A DNA stretch of 38,221 bases, the filler included, from Thelocarpon superellum (Eukaryota), in assembly GCA_026025795.1 (NCBI GenBank). It is 12 parts of 12 records of this genome, joined end to end, with 100 filler letters (N's around TTAATTAATTAA, not from the genome) between each part and the next. Parts side by side here need not be neighbours in the genome. Positions count along the whole stretch, not along the records: positions 32,709 to 35,470 come from JAPEUG010000795.1; positions 35,571 to 38,221 come from JAPEUG010000796.1; 10 more parts are not named here. One strand, written 5' to 3'. The translations under genes and the position numbers were made by a program. The notes beneath the pieces are model-generated. The model saw only the letters and a list, made by a program, of their open reading frames with translations, did not search any database and was not told the origin of the DNA. Positions 33,214-38,221 of this stretch are shown here, in pieces; the stretch's first letter is position 1, and each line of letters begins with the position of its first letter.

Positions 33214-34899
33214 CGCTTTGATTTCGGCTAATGAGAATTGTGTAAAGGAGATGCCTTGTGGTATGATCCGTTGCTTCGTTGACAGCTCTATCTCATGATT
33301 CGTCGTCCCTAAATCCACTTCCTGTGTCCACCAATAAAGACACGATGGGGAGAGGATCACGGGATGACCACTTACCAATTCGATTACCAATTCGAGTCTC
33401 AGGAGGGTGTCCCATACCTCCTTACACGATCTAGATAATCACGAACGGCTTCCTCGTAACTCACACCGTGTTTCGACTTGCTGAAAATCATTCCCGAGCT
33501 GATGTTCGAGCGAGTCTTGTCTGTGGCTACTTCAGTAACCGACTCATTCCCTTGTAGCTCGAGCTTCCAGGCTTTGATCGCAGTTTGCCGTCTGCCGTCT
33601 GCCGTCTGCTGGCCAGGACGTGTGAGGGAAATGCCACCAGTGGTCCCATCGGGTTCCTTGAGTGATGCGGGCGCGGATAACGATTTGTGTGATACATGGG
33701 GATTGACTGCAGAGTCGCGGTGGCGATTGACACGACTTCGCCAGGCGTGATGAACAGAGCTGGCAGTTCCAGGAGGTAGAGGCATAGGTCACATGGGTGG
33801 TCATGCAGAGACTTTGCTTCGACCAAGATACCTCCATCACGCCAGGTCCGAAGAGTCCCAAGAGAAGCGTCAGGATATTTGAGATGACTGCTCCGTGGCT
33901 CTACCTAGTCATCGAAAGTCTCTCGTCTCTCGGACTTCCGGAAATAGGGAAACGATGAACGAGGTCCTTCACGCGGCGTGAATAGCGGAGCCATATCCAC
34001 AGCTCATGGAAGTCGGCATGTTTGTGCGGTTCAATTGCAAGGGCATTCCAAATCATGGATAATGAATCAACTACACCGGCCGGCGAAATAGCTGCGCACA
34101 CCCCACTGAAGGGCCAAGACTGACCACCCTCCTGACCGGCCGGTGTTCGAGGGTGCGTTCAAGCAAAGCACGGATCTACAGTACTACTGTACTAGTACGG
34201 TAACTTGATGGTAGAGTTGAGGTTGCGCTGATCGGTATCCGCCGCCTGTAATCATGCCGATCGGGGAAGCCTCCAATTTCTTCCACTTGTTGAGGCCGAC
34301 CGCATGAAGTACAATGATGGGTCACGTGCTTGACCGCCCTAAACACGGATGACTTCCGCGTCCGCGTCCTCGTCCGCGTCAGGTTCCGGGTCCCGGTCGC
34401 GGTCCCGGTCCGGGCACTCGCCGGACCGCGACTATAACCTCGTCAGCGCATTTACCCTGAGTAGCGCCCTTTCCTCCTTCAAATCCTTCTCCAGTTCCTC
34501 CGGAAGACAGTCTCGTAATCATCGGCCTATGTCTTCCCTGAGCTTTTCGGCCCCCCTAGCGCGGCGCCCCCCGTCAGTCACGTCGCTGCCGGCTCGACAT
34601 GCTTGGCACGGGAAGCGTGACCAATCACAGCCTCCTTGTCCTTCAGGTGACTTGCAAGGTGTGGGAGCACGGCTGGCGTCGCTGCCCGCAGCTACTGCGT
34701 AAGATCCCGTCAGATCCAACCAAAGAATGGCCTTCCCTCTTGGCACCCATAAAAGCTAGCAATCGCCGTGGTACTTTCGTACAAAGACGTAATACTCCGT
34801 GGGGGCCGTTGACCAAGACAGATAGGACGGACGAATACAAATCGAACGGGCACCCCCAGAGGTGCACGCCGAGACTTAGACCCAAATATGTAGGCCATC

Positions 34900-35470
34900 A
34901 TGGCCGGGGCGAATCGCTGGCTCGGCGCCTTGCTCGCTTTCACGACAGCTGCCACGCTGACCGGCAGGGCCGATGCCTTTGACTCTTACGAACTGAATTG
35001 CACCACGCCGCCCACCTCGGTCAATTATGTCTTCGAGCCGGCCGTCCGGGGCACGATGGGCATCGTGTGGAATTGCCTGTCGGTACTCGTGCTCTGCATC
35101 TGGTCCGTTCAACATTTGTCAGTGCCGATACGCGTTCACCTCGAGCATCCGACGTGGAATCGCGCCGTTTTCGAGAAGGCCCGCTTCACGTTGGATAAGA
35201 TCAAGTGGATGCTCCTCACCATCCTCGGGCCCGAGTACCTCTTGGGCAAGGCCATTGCCGAACATCTCGCCGCACACCATTCGCAGCGCCAGATTCGTCG
35301 GCGGGAATGGACGCCCACACATGGATATTTCGCGAACATGCGGGGCTTCGTGCTGAGATTCGAGATCGCCGCGGTGCAAACACCGCTCAAAACCACCACG
35401 GCCACCGCCCAAGGACAGAAGGTCACCCGATTGCGGGTGGATGGTGATCCTCCCTACGAAGAGCAAGATG
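34900..35470 (+). CDS. Uncharacterised fungal multi-pass membrane protein, 5' part
   Basis: Signal-peptide-like start, then RGTMGIVWNCLSVLVLCIWSVQHLSVP, KIKWMLLTILGPEYLLGKA and WTPTHGYFANMRGF. This motif pattern recurs in an expanded fungal hypothetical family. Open to the contig end. Confidence 0.75.
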
Positions 35471-36979
35471 NNNNNNNNNNNNNNNNNNNNNNNNNNNNNN
35501 NNNNNNNNNNNNNNTTAATTAATTAANNNNNNNNNNNNNNNNNNNNNNNNNNNNNNNNNNNNNNNNNNNNCACCAACATGACTGGGCTGCCTCATGCGTG
35601 GGACAAGCTGCATGCCCAATCCGTTCACAAGGCAAGCCACGGGGCTCCAGGGATATTCCAGACCTCGGACAGGAGGGTGGCCTAGGAACACATGCCACAC
35701 ACTCTGCCCGCGGCCGGTCATCGTCATGAGTTTTGACGTGCCGGTGGAGGGGTTGTCGCTTATTGTCCGACCCAGCGCATTATCAGGTGGTTTTGGGCCG
35801 CCGTGCGGGTGCCTCACCCAAGCAACGAAGGGCTCTCTGGTCCTACAGTATTCTATATGCATCGCGGAGACGGCACTCCAACAGCGCCTGTTTGCATAAC
35901 GGAATAGTGCTTGTTGTCATCGAAAGAAATGGTAGAGTGTGATGGCCCACCAAGCTAGCCTTTCTTCCATGCTCTTAGACTGCCGTGACAATATTGGTCG
36001 GAGCGAACGGCCTTCAAATCGGATGTGCTAGTCACATACTTAGGCGACTGCCTTCCCCGTGTTTCCTTCCACATTATCTTGCTTCTGTTATGGGCGCTTC
36101 TTACAACATCTTTCCCAATAGTGTCTCTCTTACGGCCCGAGGAAGTGATGGAGAGAATGCAATGTGACAGCGTGGAGGAGAAGCAGATGTTGAGATCCTC
36201 GTGATTAGACATGAGAGATCTACACGTTAATTTCGTCGCCAAATGGCACGATGTTTCAGACACAAGGTTTCACGGCACATTGTCTCCGCCTGCCAATCAT
36301 ATTGCTCCGCTCGGCGGAAGGCGGTGCAACATGACGGTACAGTGGACGTCAAGGTACGTCATGCATGCCACACCCGCCTTTGCATGGAGAATGGCCGTTG
36401 TGTCTTTTGTACGAGCACCGTTCTGCGGCTCCGCTGCTGTCACTGCGGAGCATTTCCCTCTCTTCCTGCCACCTCATTGGGCGCCATGGTCGTGACGCGT
36501 TTGTTGATCCGATAAGATTTCCGCCACGGACGCCTGAAACAAGCCCAGCCCAATGTGGGTACTCGTAGGACGACTCGGGACGCATCATGACGACCGGGAG
36601 CCCCTGGTCTCCCGCGACTGCAGACGGGAGGACTGGGATTCTCCGAATGGCTCATGGAAGACTGGCGTGAAGCTCCGAGTCGAGAAGCTCTTTGCGTTCG
36701 GGGAAGACGCGTAGAATCATGCTTCATCCGCCTCCATCCATTCTCGCCTTTGCCCAGTCTGCGGGCACTTCTTCGGTCTCGACCGCGTCTGCTCTTCTCT
36801 CAACCTCCCTCCCTCACCTTCCGTCTCCTTCCCTTGTACCGTCATCTCGATCTCCTCCAGCACCTCACTGTCTAGACCGGCGCTGCAGTGAGGCCTGCAC
36901 ACTTTGAAATTCGTCCAACCTGTCACGGTCATCGAAACCTGATTTGCCCTTCCCGTCATCACACTCGCGGACCGCAACC

Positions 36980-37495
36980 ATGAAGTCGCTCATGCGCAGT
37001 CTCACTGGGCTACTGGTATCATTCTCACCGATGCTCGCCTCGGCACGAGCGTGGCCCGACAACGCTCCGGAACCATCGGCATCGGTCTCCAACACATCCG
37101 TTACGGCAGGACTGACTTCGTCCACGTCCACCACCGCCAGTACGTCCGACCTCGCTGCCTTCGCTCCTGTCACCTTCTCTGCGACCATGCTTCCCATTGC
37201 ATCCGCGGCAATGGCCAGCATCGCTACAGACACGTCGGTCCCATCGAGCGTTCACATGGCTAGCAACGTCGAGCTACCCACGAGCCAGGAGACGCCCACG
37301 CCGGCGTCAGGCAAAAACGCCTCTGGCCTCGTGGCGCCGACGGCGGGCCGGGCACTCTCCTCGTCCATCAGCAACAGCTTTGCTTCGACGACAGCGCCGA
37401 TACAAAATTCAAGTGCCCCACCAATGTCACAGGTTCCATTCCGGTCCAGATGGTTGGCGATCGTGGTGGTGATGGGCTGGCTGGGCATGCCATAA
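36980..37495 (+). CDS. Secreted Ser/Thr/Ala-rich, probably GPI-anchored cell-surface protein (171 aa)
   Basis: ACCATG start after a CT-rich leader; signal peptide ending ASARA; S/T-rich body with N-x-S/T sites; small-residue omega region (NSSA) and a hydrophobic C-terminus (WLAIVVVMGWLGMP*). Confidence 0.7.
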   Translation: MKSLMRSLTGLLVSFSPMLASARAWPDNAPEPSASVSNTSVTAGLTSSTSTTASTSDLAAFAPVTFSATMLPIASAAMASIATDTSVPSSVHMASNVELPTSQETPTPASGKNASGLVAPTAGRALSSSISNSFASTTAPIQNSSAPPMSQVPFRSRWLAIVVVMGWLGMP

Positions 37496-38221
37496 TGCAG
37501 GGACGGAACGTTTGTCTCAAACATTTACTGGAGGGAAAGTGGAGGGAAAGTACGGCGCCTCTTGATACCAAGTTCCTGTACATATCTCGTTAGGTCCACC
37601 CCACGGAAATAGCATTGCGACCTTGGAGTTGTTAGTCAAACATTCACGTCCTATCTGACCTACTTGAGGCACTCCATGCGACTTTGATTTGTGTGTTGCT
37701 ATAACAAGGAGTGCTCCGGTCTCCCTCTGTAACAAACAGGAAGACCTCCACACTCCTTTGCATACCTATCATGATATGATAAAGAGCACTCTCGACTGGC
37801 CAGTCAGTGAACAGGGGAGCTACTCGTGCTCCCTTGGCGCCTAATTCTATCAGATACAGCTCCACGGGTTGTAATCAGATCCTTGTCAAGCAGAGCTATG
37901 ACTCTTCCTGCAAGGGTGCTCAGCTTTACGCAATGCCTTCTCCTCTGGCTGGTATCAGGCAACGTGGAGTTTTGAAATCAACTCGTTGTACGCCATTCGG
38001 AATTTGTTGGATGGAAACTAGATTCGGTTTCGAAGTCGACATGACGATATGATGGATAGATCTCAAGACGACCTGATCAGTAAGCAGGGGAGCTCTGGAG
38101 CTGTGCTCGGTGCATGGGGGAGCCCCGAATAGCTCGGCTCAGTTACTAGGAGAGTCCTCGTCATGTGTTCTTGTGCTGATAATGACGGCCGTTAGTAGTC
38201 ACGGCCTCGGGGGCGGCGTAG

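Overview
Eukaryotic, filamentous-ascomycete (Pezizomycotina-type) DNA with GT-AG introns and CTRAY branch sites. The window is not one locus. It is 12 short contigs (3668, 3651, 3213, 3213, 3087, 3073, 3002, 2985, 2938, 2878, 2762, 2651 bp; the first and last may be cut by the window), ordered by decreasing length and joined by eleven identical 100-bp N44-TTAATTAATTAA-N44 spacers, so adjacency is meaningful only within a contig. Most contigs carry housekeeping genes: PAQR/IZH protein, MUP1-like permease, SERCA (5' part), 14-3-3, GFA-family 3' end, TRL1, a GT2, formate dehydrogenase, NOP15, SMN, CRM1 (3'), AGX1 (3'), TAF7, TAF3, OPA3 and a GPI-anchored Ser/Thr protein. The most novel signal is a dispersed 90-bp mobile element in three copies (14273-14362, 15900-15990, 33124-33213). 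Each has TGTAGGA...TCCTACA termini (one mismatch in one copy), its own perfect 4-bp target-site duplication, and a hairpin carrying two inverted TCACGTG E-boxes. Also notable: a hypothetical gene resembling meiotic Spo16/SCRE (31607-32494), head-to-head TAF7/TAF3 genes, an FDH 5' end able to give mitochondrial and cytosolic isoforms by alternative splice donors, and a decayed APH/kinase-like pseudogene. Family calls come from recognised motifs, not database searches.
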